DNA from: Ignavibacteriota bacterium | GTDB taxonomy: Bacteria; Bacteroidota; Ignavibacteria; Palsa-1295 | DNA length: 64,000 nt | Assembly (NCBI GenBank): GCA_963787835.1 | Contig: CAWBEI010000002.1 | Coordinates: 128,001 to 192,000, forward strand | Direction of reading: 5' to 3' | Shown: one piece after another, positions 1-10,264 of the stretch | Numbering within the stretch: position 1 is the stretch's first letter | Layout: every line of letters begins with the position of its first letter | Translations under genes and position numbers: made by a program | Notes under the pieces: generated by a model | Database searches by the model: none | Seen by the model: only the letters and a program-made list of their open reading frames with translations | What the model was told of the DNA's origin: nothing

Positions 1-789
1 GCATTCTCGCATCATTTCTGGAACTTTGAACTTGCTGCCGCCGACTCTCAACTGATGGTCGGCTGTGGTGGCAGATCCTGGCTTGACTCCCAATCCCAGC
101 ATTGGAAGGATATATTTCTTGAAGAGAAACCGCTGTGGCAAGACCAACCGCCGATCATTTTCTATCCCGATGGGTACGATTCTTCGGCTCGATGGCCGCT
201 TATTATTGCTCTTCATGGCGGGAATGGTAATTATGAGAGCTTTGCGGAACATTGGCGAGGCATGTCGAACGATCTGAAAGCAGTGATAGCAATCCCGGCG
301 GGGGTGCTTCGCGAGTCGCAGATCACTAATTCCTGGGGATCCGATATAGGTTTGGTGGAGAAGCCAATTCTGAATTTGGTGTCAGAAATGACTTCAAAGC
401 ATTTAGTTGATCCCTCCAAGGTCTATCTTGCCGGGTTCTCTCAAGGAGCTCAGGCTGCTATGGAATTGGCCGTCTTGAGGCCGAAGATATTTAGAGGAGC
501 AATTGCGATGTCGGGATTTGTCGATCGCTCCATTCCAGACTCGGTACTTCGAATCGCTCACTACTGCAGCGTTCGAATGTATGCCATCACCGGTGAAGAT
601 GAGGGACTGGCCTTTCGTAATCAGATCGATGCGTTTCACACAATCTGCACAAAAGCTGGAATTCCCTTCGAATTGAAGATACTCCCGGATATGGTGCACG
701 AAGTCCCGCTGGATTTTCACAACCAATTCCTGCAGGCGTGGGAGTGGATGAGGCCACCACAACAAGCCAATCGGCAACCCGAGAAATAA
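1..789 (+). CDS. alpha/beta-hydrolase (phospholipase/carboxylesterase-like), probably 5'-truncated by the window edge
   Basis: LHGG and GFSQG nucleophile motifs plus a C-terminal His (MVHE). Frame is open from base 1. Confidence 0.75.
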   Translation, partial: AFSHHFWNFELAAADSQLMVGCGGRSWLDSQSQHWKDIFLEEKPLWQDQPPIIFYPDGYDSSARWPLIIALHGGNGNYESFAEHWRGMSNDLKAVIAIPAGVLRESQITNSWGSDIGLVEKPILNLVSEMTSKHLVDPSKVYLAGFSQGAQAAMELAVLRPKIFRGAIAMSGFVDRSIPDSVLRIAHYCSVRMYAITGEDEGLAFRNQIDAFHTICTKAGIPFELKILPDMVHEVPLDFHNQFLQAWEWMRPPQQANRQPEK

Positions 790-871
790 GCTGAACCCTC
801 TCGACGATAAGAGCGTTTGACGGTACCGCCAGAAAAAACAGGTACTGGCAACATAGATTTTAGGTTACATT

Positions 872-1075
872 ATGGCAAAGCAACAAACATTTGGTGATAA
901 ATTAAAGAAGCAATCCGTCGAACGCGTAGAGTTCGTACCGCAACTCGGAAAAAAGGCAAAATTGAGCCCCGTTCGTTTGATCGGAGTTTCAAAAAGTGCG
1001 ACGGGTTATAAGTTCGAGGATCGTATTGCTCGCATAGCCGAACCAGAGGGCGGCGGTGAGGCAATTATTGTCTAA
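872..1075 (+). CDS. small basic protein resembling DUF4295 / ribosomal protein bL38
   Basis: 67 aa with MAKQQTF start and KSATGYKF motif; next to ribosomal protein genes. Similarity judged by eye. Confidence 0.5.
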   Translation: MAKQQTFGDKLKKQSVERVEFVPQLGKKAKLSPVRLIGVSKSATGYKFEDRIARIAEPEGGGEAIIV

Positions 1076-2005
1076 ATGAGAATAGTATCGCTTCTTCCGA
1101 GTGCGACAGAAATATGTTTTGCACTCGGGTTAGGTGATATGGTTGTTGGTGTCACGCATGAGTGTGATTACCCTTCAGAAGCTCTCACCAAGGCGAAAGT
1201 CACGTCCTCGCCGACTCACAAAGGACTTAGCAGCCGCGAGATCGATAACCTCGTTCGTAGTCAATTAGACGCTTCCGGGTCGATCTATGGCCTCGATGTT
1301 GAGAAATTAGAGGAGCTTAGACCCAACCTCATCCTGACACAACGCCTATGCACAGTATGTGCAGTATCGATCGAACAGGTTCAGGAAGTTGCTGCCAATC
1401 TAAGCTCAAAACCAAAAGTAGTAAACCTTGAGCCGCGAACCATGGGCGAGGTTTTTCTTAGCATTAGAACTGTTGCTCAGTTATGTAATAGAACCATCGA
1501 ATCTGCGCCCATTATTGCAGCACTGGAGGCCCGTTACAGAAATGTGAAGCACCTTGTTCGCGGACTTCGGCTACCGGCCCCGAAAGTCATGGTACTGGAA
1601 TGGATCGATCCTCCTTTTGCGAGCGGGCACTGGATTCCTGAAATTGTATCGAAAGCTGGCGGAGAGAACAGTATCTCCTTCAAAGAAAGGCCTTCTCGCG
1701 AGGTTTCCTGGATGGACGTAATAAAATCCAGGGTCGATTTCCTCATTTTTGCTGCTTGCGGGATGGGGGTGGGATGGCAAAAAAAAGAAATCGAAATTAT
1801 CTTGGCCCAACTTCGGTTGAATGGCCTCACGCGTGAAAGCCTGGGCACTTCAAGCATGTGGATCTGCGATGGATCACAGTATTTTTCGAGGCCGGGACCA
1901 CGCTTAGTCGAAACAACAGAATTACTCGCAACCATCCTGCATCCTGAACTTAGAGTCGAATTTGGCTCAAAATTTCGTGCAGGAGTGGATTACGAACAAG
2001 TTTAG
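1076..2005 (+). CDS. BtuF-like 'cobalamin-binding' protein without signal peptide
   Basis: MRIVSLLPSATEI, VGVTHECDYP and FSRPGPRLV motifs. Confidence 0.8.
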   Translation: MRIVSLLPSATEICFALGLGDMVVGVTHECDYPSEALTKAKVTSSPTHKGLSSREIDNLVRSQLDASGSIYGLDVEKLEELRPNLILTQRLCTVCAVSIEQVQEVAANLSSKPKVVNLEPRTMGEVFLSIRTVAQLCNRTIESAPIIAALEARYRNVKHLVRGLRLPAPKVMVLEWIDPPFASGHWIPEIVSKAGGENSISFKERPSREVSWMDVIKSRVDFLIFAACGMGVGWQKKEIEIILAQLRLNGLTRESLGTSSMWICDGSQYFSRPGPRLVETTELLATILHPELRVEFGSKFRAGVDYEQV

Positions 2006-2008
2006 AAT

Positions 2009-2359
2009 ATGGCTCAACCACGTACTACAACCATGACCGGCGGCCGCAACGGGCAGTCACGCACTGGCGGCAACAGCCGAGATTCTCGGCAAGGGAATAA
2101 CGCAAACGGCTATGGCAACCGCAACCAAAATCAGCGCGAGCAGCAAAAAAGCAAACCAGATCCGCTGAAGCTCCGGGATATCACGTATCTCGATTATCGA
2201 GATATTCGTATCCTCGAGCGCTTCCTGAACGATCGCGGTAAATTGCTGCCAAATCGCATTACGGCTGTGAGCGCCAAGGGCCAGCGTACCCTCGAAACTG
2301 CCGTGAAGCATGCGCGCCATTTAGCGCTATTGCCCTTCGTTGCAGAAGGAATGAAATAA
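2009..2359 (+). CDS. rpsR: 30S ribosomal protein S18 with low-complexity N-terminal extension
   Basis: [31 protein letters not shown] motifs. Confidence 0.93.
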   Translation: MAQPRTTTMTGGRNGQSRTGGNSRDSRQGNNANGYGNRNQNQREQQKSKPDPLKLRDITYLDYRDIRILERFLNDRGKLLPNRITAVSAKGQRTLETAVKHARHLALLPFVAEGMK

Positions 2360-2380
2360 TTTTTTAGAGAAAGAAAGATC

Positions 2381-2596
2381 ATGTCACGAATTTGTGAATT
2401 AACGGGTGCAAGAACCCATGCCGGCAACCACGTATCGCACGCGGTTAACCGATCGAAGAAGAGAATCCTTCCCAACCTTCAGACCAAACGTGTATGGGAT
2501 GATTCCGAAGGAAAATTTGTAACGATCCGGGCTACGGCTCGTGCGTTGCGAACGCTCGATAAAAAGGGCCTCCGAGCCATGCGCGCAGCGCAATAG
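2381..2596 (+). CDS. rpmB: 50S ribosomal protein L28
   Basis: MSRICELTG, GNHVSHA, PNLQ, LRTLDKKG motifs. Confidence 0.95.
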   Translation: MSRICELTGARTHAGNHVSHAVNRSKKRILPNLQTKRVWDDSEGKFVTIRATARALRTLDKKGLRAMRAAQ

Positions 2597-2616
2597 TATC
2601 ATCCCCAATATATCTC

Positions 2617-2640
2617 GGCGGCATGATCTATAGCCGCCGT
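2617..2640 (+). terminator. GC-rich hairpin after rpmB
   Basis: cggcggc...gccgccg inverted repeat; no clear U-tract. Confidence 0.4.
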
Positions 2641-2686
2641 AATAGCTGGCGCGGCACATCGTCTCGATACCGCGCCACTACTGTTT

Positions 2687-3721
2687 ATGGCTGTTTCCTC
2701 ACTGAAACCCGTTGAATTATTTTTTCGAAGAGCATTTCTTTGGTGCTTGCAAAGAATAGGTGGTTTCCGTCAGCCTCAAAATAGTAAAATTCCTGCTTCT
2801 CCCTCGATCCTGATCCTTCGTCAGGATCGCCTCGGCGATGTGCTCATGAGCACTTTTTTCCTTTCTGCGTTGCACGAACGCTATCCAAACTCTCGAATGG
2901 CAATCTTGCTCGGAAGGAATAATGAAGAAGTCATTCCATTGCTCCCGTTTCCGATCGAGACTTTTGTTTATCGCAAGAATTTTTTCGCGGATATCAGGTT
3001 GCTTAGGAACATCCGGCAAATCCATTTCGATGTCGCGATCGATATGACGGATAAGGCAAGCGTGACTTCTTCCATTTTACTTGCGAAGATCGGAGCAAAA
3101 ATACGAGTCGGCATCCAGAAAGAGAATAGTGTGGTATATGATATTACCGTCCCCAGACCAAGCCAAATGGACGTTCATATCACGGAACGAGTTGCGGAAT
3201 TGCTACGACCCTTCGGCATTGATCCTGCAACGGTTGATCGGCGGCCCCATCTAAAATTAGAGGTTCAACGACAGAATGGAAGAATAGGACTAAATATCTC
3301 TTCCCGAACGCCTGATCGTTCTGCTCCAACTAAGGCAAGCGCAGAAATTGCCTTGGGCGCTTTGGGATTTGGATTTTCTGAAATTCTGGTGTTATGCGCT
3401 CCGCATGACCGCCAGCGAGGTGAAGAAACTGTCCGCTTAGCGAACGATCCGCACATTCATCTTGCTGAACACATGCCAACATTTGCCCAATTTGCACAGC
3501 AAATAGCGAGTTGCGAGTATCTCATCACCGTCGATACATCAGTTATTCAAATTGCGGCCGCTGCCAATATTCCAATGGTCTTAATGTTTAGGCCAATGAA
3601 TGACGAGCATCCCTGGACTCCCGTGGGGGTGCCATTTGAGCTTTATACGCAGTATCCTTCGCTAACGGAGCTCGAACCACAGCCCGTTCTCAACCTGTTC
3701 AAGAAACTTATCGGGCGTTGA
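2687..3721 (+). CDS. GT9 (LPS heptosyltransferase-like) glycosyltransferase
   Basis: LRQDRLGDVLM and TVDTSVIQIAAA motifs. Confidence 0.85.
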   Translation: MAVSSLKPVELFFRRAFLWCLQRIGGFRQPQNSKIPASPSILILRQDRLGDVLMSTFFLSALHERYPNSRMAILLGRNNEEVIPLLPFPIETFVYRKNFFADIRLLRNIRQIHFDVAIDMTDKASVTSSILLAKIGAKIRVGIQKENSVVYDITVPRPSQMDVHITERVAELLRPFGIDPATVDRRPHLKLEVQRQNGRIGLNISSRTPDRSAPTKASAEIALGALGFGFSEILVLCAPHDRQRGEETVRLANDPHIHLAEHMPTFAQFAQQIASCEYLITVDTSVIQIAAAANIPMVLMFRPMNDEHPWTPVGVPFELYTQYPSLTELEPQPVLNLFKKLIGR

Positions 3722-3751
3722 CACGCTAAAGCCTGTCTTACAAGGAAATTA

Positions 3752-5590
3752 ATGCTCATTCGATTATATAAGAAGCTTCTACCCTTCGCCCGGCCTTATA
3801 CCGGGAAGATCATTGTTGCCTCGATTCTGAATATCCTTAGCAACCTGGTTGGAAGTATCAATCTTTTTGCCATTATACCGATTATTAGCGTCATACTCGG
3901 TGAGTCTAATAAACTGACAGCCTCACCCGCTTTATCACAAACATGGTCTCAGAAAGTGGTAAACACCTTCACAAGTTATTTCATTGGATCGACTGCAGAC
4001 ATTTCTCTTTTTCGAGTTTGTACTTTCATTTTCGTTACCTATCTTTTAAAGAATATCCTTGAATATCTTTACAAGTATATCATGGTGTTGGTCGAGAACG
4101 GAATGGTACGAAGCCTTCGCGATACCGTATTCGAAAAACTTTCGACGTTGTCGCTTGATTATTACTATGATCGCAAATCGGGCCACTTGCTCAGCCGATT
4201 GACAAATGATGTCTCGGTCGTGAATGGCACGTTATCCAGCAGCATCATGACCTATGTGGGACAGCCTGTTTCTATCGCTGTCATTTTGGGTGGTATGTTG
4301 CTGATCAGCCCACGAATGACCTTTGTTTGTTTCGTGATTGCGTTGCTCAGCCTTTGGCTTGTGCGTTTGTTTGGGACGACGATCAAGCGAATGAGTCATA
4401 AGCTCCAAAATCTTTTGGGAGACATTCTTTCCGTCGCTCAGGAAATGATCAGCGGTGTTAAGGTCGTGAAATCGTTCGGAATGGAACGCTACGAAGTTGA
4501 CCGCTTCAAAACCGAAACGAAGAAACACTACGATGGCAGCCGCCGTCTGGCTCGCATTCGTAATCTCACAAGTCCCATCAACGAGACGCTTGCAGTACTC
4601 GGATTCATTGGCATTCTTTGGTTTGGAGGGCACGAAGTACTTGCGCATCAGATGATCGGAGCCGGGCTTATCTTTTTCCTTATTGCCCTCATCTCATTAA
4701 TGCAGCCGATCAAAACATTAAGTGAACTCAATACAAAACTGTATGAGGGCTCTGCTGCAGCCGAAAACCTTTTTTCCATACTTGATGCCGAACCCAGCGT
4801 AAAGCCCGGACTGATCAGTGTGCCTCGCGAGATTTCCGAGCCGATCACCTTTGAGAACGTCTCATTTCACTATCGCTCCACAACGGAAAATGCGATCGAT
4901 GGGATCGAACTCGAAATATATCCGAATGAAGTGCTCGCGCTTGTAGGACCAAGTGGTGCGGGCAAAACCACGCTTGTTGATCTGCTCGTCAGATTTTACG
5001 ATCCAACCCAGGGAAGAATTTTGCTGGGTAAGCAGGACATTCGCGATTTCGATTTTGAAAGTCTTCGCGCACTGTTCGGTATCGTTACTCAGGATACGCT
5101 TCTTTTTCACGATACCATCCTGAACAATATCGCCTACGGCAACCGGGATGCTTCCCAGAAGATGATCTTCGATGCGGCCAAGGCCGCGAACGCTCACGAT
5201 TTTATCTTACAATTGCCCGATGGTTACCAAACTTTAGTGGGCGACCGTGGCGTGAGGCTTTCCGGCGGCCAAAGGCAGCGCATTGCAATTGCCAGAGCAT
5301 TGCTTAAGGATCCTCCCGTTCTGATTTTTGATGAAGCAACAAGCGCACTCGATACTGAAAATGAAATGCTCGTGCAGGAAGCGATCCAGAACTTGCTTCA
5401 TCACCGAACCGCAGTGGTGATCGCGCACCGGCTTTCTACTATTCAGCAAGCTGACCGAATCGTGGTCGTGGACAAAGGCAAGATCGTCGAAATGGGAACT
5501 CATGAGGAACTGCTCATGCAAGAGGATGGGCTCTATCGCCGTCTCTATATGATCCAGTCACCGGTTGGGACTGAAGCGATCACTACGTAG
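3752..5590 (+). CDS. msbA: MsbA-like ABC exporter (TMD + NBD)
   Basis: N-terminal TM domain, Walker A GPSGAGKT, LSGGQRQR signature, DEATSALD; lies in an LPS cluster. Confidence 0.85.
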   Translation: MLIRLYKKLLPFARPYTGKIIVASILNILSNLVGSINLFAIIPIISVILGESNKLTASPALSQTWSQKVVNTFTSYFIGSTADISLFRVCTFIFVTYLLKNILEYLYKYIMVLVENGMVRSLRDTVFEKLSTLSLDYYYDRKSGHLLSRLTNDVSVVNGTLSSSIMTYVGQPVSIAVILGGMLLISPRMTFVCFVIALLSLWLVRLFGTTIKRMSHKLQNLLGDILSVAQEMISGVKVVKSFGMERYEVDRFKTETKKHYDGSRRLARIRNLTSPINETLAVLGFIGILWFGGHEVLAHQMIGAGLIFFLIALISLMQPIKTLSELNTKLYEGSAAAENLFSILDAEPSVKPGLISVPREISEPITFENVSFHYRSTTENAIDGIELEIYPNEVLALVGPSGAGKTTLVDLLVRFYDPTQGRILLGKQDIRDFDFESLRALFGIVTQDTLLFHDTILNNIAYGNRDASQKMIFDAAKAANAHDFILQLPDGYQTLVGDRGVRLSGGQRQRIAIARALLKDPPVLIFDEATSALDTENEMLVQEAIQNLLHHRTAVVIAHRLSTIQQADRIVVVDKGKIVEMGTHEELLMQEDGLYRRLYMIQSPVGTEAITT

Positions 5591-6464
5591 CAATTCTTCT
5601 CTCAATTTCAACCCTCTTCGAGTTCTTCCCTACTCCAAGGTGATTCGCCGCCTGAAAAACCGCAACGTGGTATCCTCTGATCTGGCATTGTCGTGAGTAG
5701 AACCAGTCCTCGGATGCCAACTCGCTAATGCCTTCAGCAATTGGTGGATAACCTGTTTCATGAAAGAACCCTGTGGGAATGATATTAAACTGACCATTGA
5801 AGGTGGCCCGGATCTTGATCTCCTCAGATAATCCGTCAACCATGACATTCACTTTCTTGATTGTTGGATGATTGCGCTCCTCGATCTCATCATCAGTCAT
5901 ATTTATTACTTTGACCTTCTGATCCCGCAACGCATCGAACAAGCCAATGGCTTCTTTCACAAATGGCCGAATTATTTCGAGATCGTCATCAAGCCACACA
6001 ATATAAGCCGGGAATTCCATAGCGAGAATTTTTAACGCTTGCTTTAAAGCAAATGCTTTTTGCCATTGAGGAACATCGTTATGTCTGTTAAGCAACACCT
6101 TCTGGAGCTTGCCCTCCCTATGCATGTGGGTAAGCATTTCGGCAGTTCCATCCGTACTTCCATTGTCGACGACAAGCAGTGGCAGTTCGGGCTCATGTTC
6201 TCTCAACGTTCTGATTGTGTGAGCGGTCATCTCCTTTCTATCAAACGTAAACATCACACCCCAGGTCGAGCTGCCTCCAGCGATGTTCTCGAAATCAGGC
6301 ACATCGTTAACTAAACGGGACTCGATCCGCCGGAATACACCATCTACCTCCTTCTTCAACTCCCTACGATATTTACTCAGCAATTTTTTCGTGCGAATAT
6401 TATAGAGCAGGAAGGCTGCAACATTCACTGCGGCGAGAATGAGAAAAGCGATGGGCTCTGACAT
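5583..6464 (-). CDS. GT2 family glycosyltransferase with N-terminal TM helix
   Basis: VVDNGSTDGT, WLDDD and ED motifs. Confidence 0.8.
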   Translation of the reverse strand: MSEPIAFLILAAVNVAAFLLYNIRTKKLLSKYRRELKKEVDGVFRRIESRLVNDVPDFENIAGGSSTWGVMFTFDRKEMTAHTIRTLREHEPELPLLVVDNGSTDGTAEMLTHMHREGKLQKVLLNRHNDVPQWQKAFALKQALKILAMEFPAYIVWLDDDLEIIRPFVKEAIGLFDALRDQKVKVINMTDDEIEERNHPTIKKVNVMVDGLSEEIKIRATFNGQFNIIPTGFFHETGYPPIAEGISELASEDWFYSRQCQIRGYHVAVFQAANHLGVGKNSKRVEIERRIAT

Positions 6465-6482
6465 ACGTAGTCCTAAAAAAAA

Positions 6483-7730
6483 TTAATGATTTTCAGAATA
6501 GTTTTGATTTTCCACGCTATTCTCCGTTGACTGCGATGGCATTAATTGCGTGGCTACACGTATAACATCTTCGATAGGGATCGTTGAGACAGGCTCACCT
6601 AATGTGGGAATCAAAACTACATGCGGCACCATGTGGGGCGGCCAGCCATGTTCGAACGGATATAAACCAACAACTGGCCGTTGCTCAGCGGAAGCAATAT
6701 GAATCACAGAGGTATCTGGGGAAATCACCACATCTGCACCGCGGACCACTGCTATTAATTCAAATATCGATTGAGTCCTTTGTAGATGAAGATGTGCAAC
6801 AGGGTTTTTCAACAAAAATTCCTCAGCTTGTCTTGTATTGACGGTGGATGTTGTCCAAATAATCGAATAATCTGGATAGCGCTCGATCAACAGTTTGCAG
6901 AGCGTCAGAGAGTTGGAATACCCAAATTCCTTGAAATTAGTTTTTGCTTCCAAATTGACATGAATATAGCCTTTGGTTCCATCATTTTGAAGATACGTAT
7001 CAATTTGAGAGCTGATGTGACCCACGATTACATCCGGCACAATAAGGGATGGTCTCCATTCTGCATCCGTCACGGAAATGGCAAACGTCTCTTCAAAATG
7101 CCTTCGCATAAACTTCATTATTGGATCGCGCCCTTCTCGAAGAGCTGTCGGAATGCAAATGGAGAAGAGTTTTTCATACCGTTCGCGCGGATCCCTTTCA
7201 GCCAAAACCATGCTGGAGAGCGCAGACGGTGCGAACAGCTTTGAAAGGAGCGCCATCTTCGTTTTTTTGTTATAGATCATTGGCAGGACTACGTCCCACT
7301 TCTGCTTTCTCGTCTCACGCGCGGTCATGAGAACGTGTTTCAGAGTCACAGCACTGCAGTCATAACGATAATCCACATCAGGATCAGATGAGATGATCGG
7401 TAAATTCCGAAAGCTTCCAACCACCCCGATCCTAATAGTGGGGTGCTTACTTTTGAGAATCCTCCAGAACGGCGTTGTTAGCACCATATCTCCAATCGCG
7501 TCATTTCGAATGATCAAAATGTTATGAATGGTATGAGGATCGAGTGGGGAAGTAGCTTTTCGCGGAGCGATCAATCGGCCGAGCGTACCTACAAAGAGAA
7601 CTTTACCCATTTTCTCTACCTTCTTTGCCAGGCGACGTCGCAGGGGAGTACCAAGTATATGGTCGTGATGTCTCCTGCGCTTGCGATACGTCTTCCGGAG
7701 CTTACGTTCGCTGTTTTTATCAGTCTTCAT
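6483..7730 (-). CDS. GT9 glycosyltransferase
   Basis: IRNDAIGDMVLTTP and SPDTSVIHIASA motifs. Confidence 0.85.
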   Translation of the reverse strand: MKTDKNSERKLRKTYRKRRRHHDHILGTPLRRRLAKKVEKMGKVLFVGTLGRLIAPRKATSPLDPHTIHNILIIRNDAIGDMVLTTPFWRILKSKHPTIRIGVVGSFRNLPIISSDPDVDYRYDCSAVTLKHVLMTARETRKQKWDVVLPMIYNKKTKMALLSKLFAPSALSSMVLAERDPRERYEKLFSICIPTALREGRDPIMKFMRRHFEETFAISVTDAEWRPSLIVPDVIVGHISSQIDTYLQNDGTKGYIHVNLEAKTNFKEFGYSNSLTLCKLLIERYPDYSIIWTTSTVNTRQAEEFLLKNPVAHLHLQRTQSIFELIAVVRGADVVISPDTSVIHIASAEQRPVVGLYPFEHGWPPHMVPHVVLIPTLGEPVSTIPIEDVIRVATQLMPSQSTENSVENQNYSENH

Positions 7731-8983
7731 TAGGCTTGTTCCGATAAAGTATTTTGCATTCGCTCAATCGGCCGCTCATTACCGTGCTGTCTTCTGTGTT
7801 CGGCCAACAGTTCCAAACACGCTTCGAGCACCGTGCCAACAGGAATGCTCGAAACAGGCTGTTCTCGCTCTGCGATCAACAGACGATTCGGCGTCTTATA
7901 TGGCGGCCATTCATGGCGAACTGGATACAGCGCAACAACAGGACGATTGAATGCTGATGCTATATGCACAATAGAAGTATCCGGTGTAACAACCAAAGCG
8001 GCCCCTTTAACCAGCGCAAGAAGTTCGTGGAGACTGCCGGTCTTGAAATAATGAACGCTTGGAACTCGTTGTTCCTTCAGGAATGCTTCGATCTCCTGTG
8101 CCGCCTGAGGTGAGGATGTCCAAAGGATGGAAACTTCGGGGAATTCTTCGATGAGTTTTCGGGACAATTCGAGCGAAGCATTCATCCCATATTCCTTAAA
8201 AGCCGTCTTCGCTTCAAGATTGATGTGAAAATATTGAGAGGACGTGTCTGATTCAAGCAAATCTTTAATCCGATCATTGACTCGTCGGACTGCATCGGGA
8301 TTGGGATAGAGTGCAGGTTTCCAGTCTTCATGAGCGATCTGCATAGTTAACACTCCCATCAAGTGGACACGCATTTGCTCGATCATTTCAATTTCATTTG
8401 AGCGATAGGGCGATTCTACAACCAAAGAAAACAGTTTACGCCTTTTCTCAACATCCTCGCCAAATGGAACAAGCGTACTCGATATGCTATGCGGGGCAAG
8501 AAACCGTGCAACGACAGCCTGTCTTGTTTGACGATAATACACCATCGGCATCACGAGATCCCATTTTTCCTTCGCAATTTGCTTTTTTGCATTCCACATC
8601 GCTTTCCAATCTCCTTCCGAAGCATCGAATATTCGGTCAACATTGGGGTCATGTTCAAGTAAAGGGAGATTGCGGAAACTGCCTGCCACACCGATGCGAA
8701 TGTGAGGAAATTGCTGCTTCACCGCTCGCCAAACCGGCGTTGTCAAGACCATATCACCGATCGCATCGTTGCGAATAAAAAGCATGCTCTGCACAGAATA
8801 AGGGTCGAGCGGATCAGCAACATGTTTCACGCGAAGCATTTTCCCGAGCAAGCCAGTCCAAAGGAACTTGTTCACTCTTTCGACAACCCTGATAAGTCGC
8901 CTATGGGGCGGGATGCCGAAGAACCTATCCTTGTGCCGACGCCGCTTCGAATAGGTCTTCTCATGCCTTTCTTTCAAAGCCAT
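7730..8983 (-). CDS. GT9 glycosyltransferase (paralog of 6483-7730)
   Basis: IRNDAIGDMVLTTP and TPDTSIVHIASA motifs. Start moved to ATG 8983 (MALKERHEK), which aligns with the paralog's N-terminus and removes overlap with the divergent gene. Confidence 0.82.
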   Translation of the reverse strand: MALKERHEKTYSKRRRHKDRFFGIPPHRRLIRVVERVNKFLWTGLLGKMLRVKHVADPLDPYSVQSMLFIRNDAIGDMVLTTPVWRAVKQQFPHIRIGVAGSFRNLPLLEHDPNVDRIFDASEGDWKAMWNAKKQIAKEKWDLVMPMVYYRQTRQAVVARFLAPHSISSTLVPFGEDVEKRRKLFSLVVESPYRSNEIEMIEQMRVHLMGVLTMQIAHEDWKPALYPNPDAVRRVNDRIKDLLESDTSSQYFHINLEAKTAFKEYGMNASLELSRKLIEEFPEVSILWTSSPQAAQEIEAFLKEQRVPSVHYFKTGSLHELLALVKGAALVVTPDTSIVHIASAFNRPVVALYPVRHEWPPYKTPNRLLIAEREQPVSSIPVGTVLEACLELLAEHRRQHGNERPIERMQNTLSEQA

Positions 8984-9070
8984 ATTGAGTTGCGGGTTGT
9001 CACGATGTGGATTCTGCTTCAAGAATAATTGAACGCCAGTGCGAGTATGGAAGTTTGCTTCCAGGCTATC

Positions 9071-10264
9071 ATGAGCATTTTTTCTCACCTTTCGGAAATC
9101 CGCCATCGTCGCAGAACGGTCTCAACACTGGACTCGCGTATTAGGAAAAGCCTTCGTTCGTTTGAAGCACAGATGAAGCTCTCCCTAATTTCCAAAATCA
9201 GTCATATTTTAAGACCGGTAAAATGTACTTTGCCTCTACCTGTCCAAGATGTGAAGTCTGTACTCATCTTACGATACGACGCCCTTGGAGACGCTATTCT
9301 TTCGACGCCGGTTTGGCGAGCGATAAAAGCGTCCAATCCGAATATTCACGTTGGAGTTGCGGGGAGCAGAAGAAATATTGCGCTTCTCGAGTGGGATAAT
9401 ACCGTAGATTCCACCTATCAATTTTCTCGCGGCTTTACGCCCACGTTAATTCGCGACCTCTGGAAGGCGCGAAAAATAAAGTGGGATATTGTAATAAATT
9501 TATACTTTCACGATAAGACGCGCGGTGCCATCCTCGCCAAAATAGCTGCACCCCATGGGGTCAGCGTAACCAGCGTTCGAGAAAAAAAAGATAAATATTT
9601 AGCACTTTATTCTGCAGTAGGAGAAAGGCCTTCAAATTCCACACCCATGGTCCAGCAAAATTTGATGGTGTTAAAAGAAGTGATTGATCTGCCAAGTAAT
9701 ATTCTCAATGGACATCTCTCCATGCCGGATTTTCCTGAGGCAGCTAATGCATACATGCAAACTTTTGATACCGTGCTGCACAGAACTGGAAAATCGGATT
9801 ATATCATCATTAATACAGACGCCTCGCAAATATATAAAGAATGGGGGATAGAAAATTCCACTGCGCTCGCCCGGTTGGTAATTAGCAAATATCCTCAACG
9901 ACATGTTTTTCTTTCCTGTGCACCCTCTCGCTCAGAACCACTTCGAAAGTATCTTGCGAACGAACAAGATGGAATTTCCTTCCTTGATGCACCGACTATT
10001 ATCCATCTTGCGGTAGCCATCCGACACGCGCGAGCCACCGTCAGCCCTGATACCTCCGTGATCCATTTTTCCTCTGCACAACACGTACCTGTCCTTGGTT
10101 TGTACTTAGAACCGAATGAATTCCTTCCCTATGAAACTCCAAATCGTGTGCTGTTTGCTGCAAAAGGAATGCCCGCATCGGATATTCCCCTCAACGATGT
10201 GTTTGGCGCGCTGGAAGATTTACTTGCAGAAACAGATGAAGAGCACAAGCACTCAGTAATATAA
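9071..10264 (+). CDS. GT9 glycosyltransferase
   Basis: LRYDALGDAILSTP and SPDTSVIHFSSA motifs; start uncertain (9029, 9071 or later). Confidence 0.8.
   Translation: MSIFSHLSEIRHRRRTVSTLDSRIRKSLRSFEAQMKLSLISKISHILRPVKCTLPLPVQDVKSVLILRYDALGDAILSTPVWRAIKASNPNIHVGVAGSRRNIALLEWDNTVDSTYQFSRGFTPTLIRDLWKARKIKWDIVINLYFHDKTRGAILAKIAAPHGVSVTSVREKKDKYLALYSAVGERPSNSTPMVQQNLMVLKEVIDLPSNILNGHLSMPDFPEAANAYMQTFDTVLHRTGKSDYIIINTDASQIYKEWGIENSTALARLVISKYPQRHVFLSCAPSRSEPLRKYLANEQDGISFLDAPTIIHLAVAIRHARATVSPDTSVIHFSSAQHVPVLGLYLEPNEFLPYETPNRVLFAAKGMPASDIPLNDVFGALEDLLAETDEEHKHSVI

Noticed and set aside
790-871. Zur box or cobalamin riboswitch upstream of the ribosomal protein/BtuF-like operon
   Set aside because: The gap is too short for the riboswitch and no convincing palindrome is visible.
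9029-9106. Head-to-head overlap of two GT9 genes
   Set aside because: The overlap disappears with starts at 8983 and 9071 or later.
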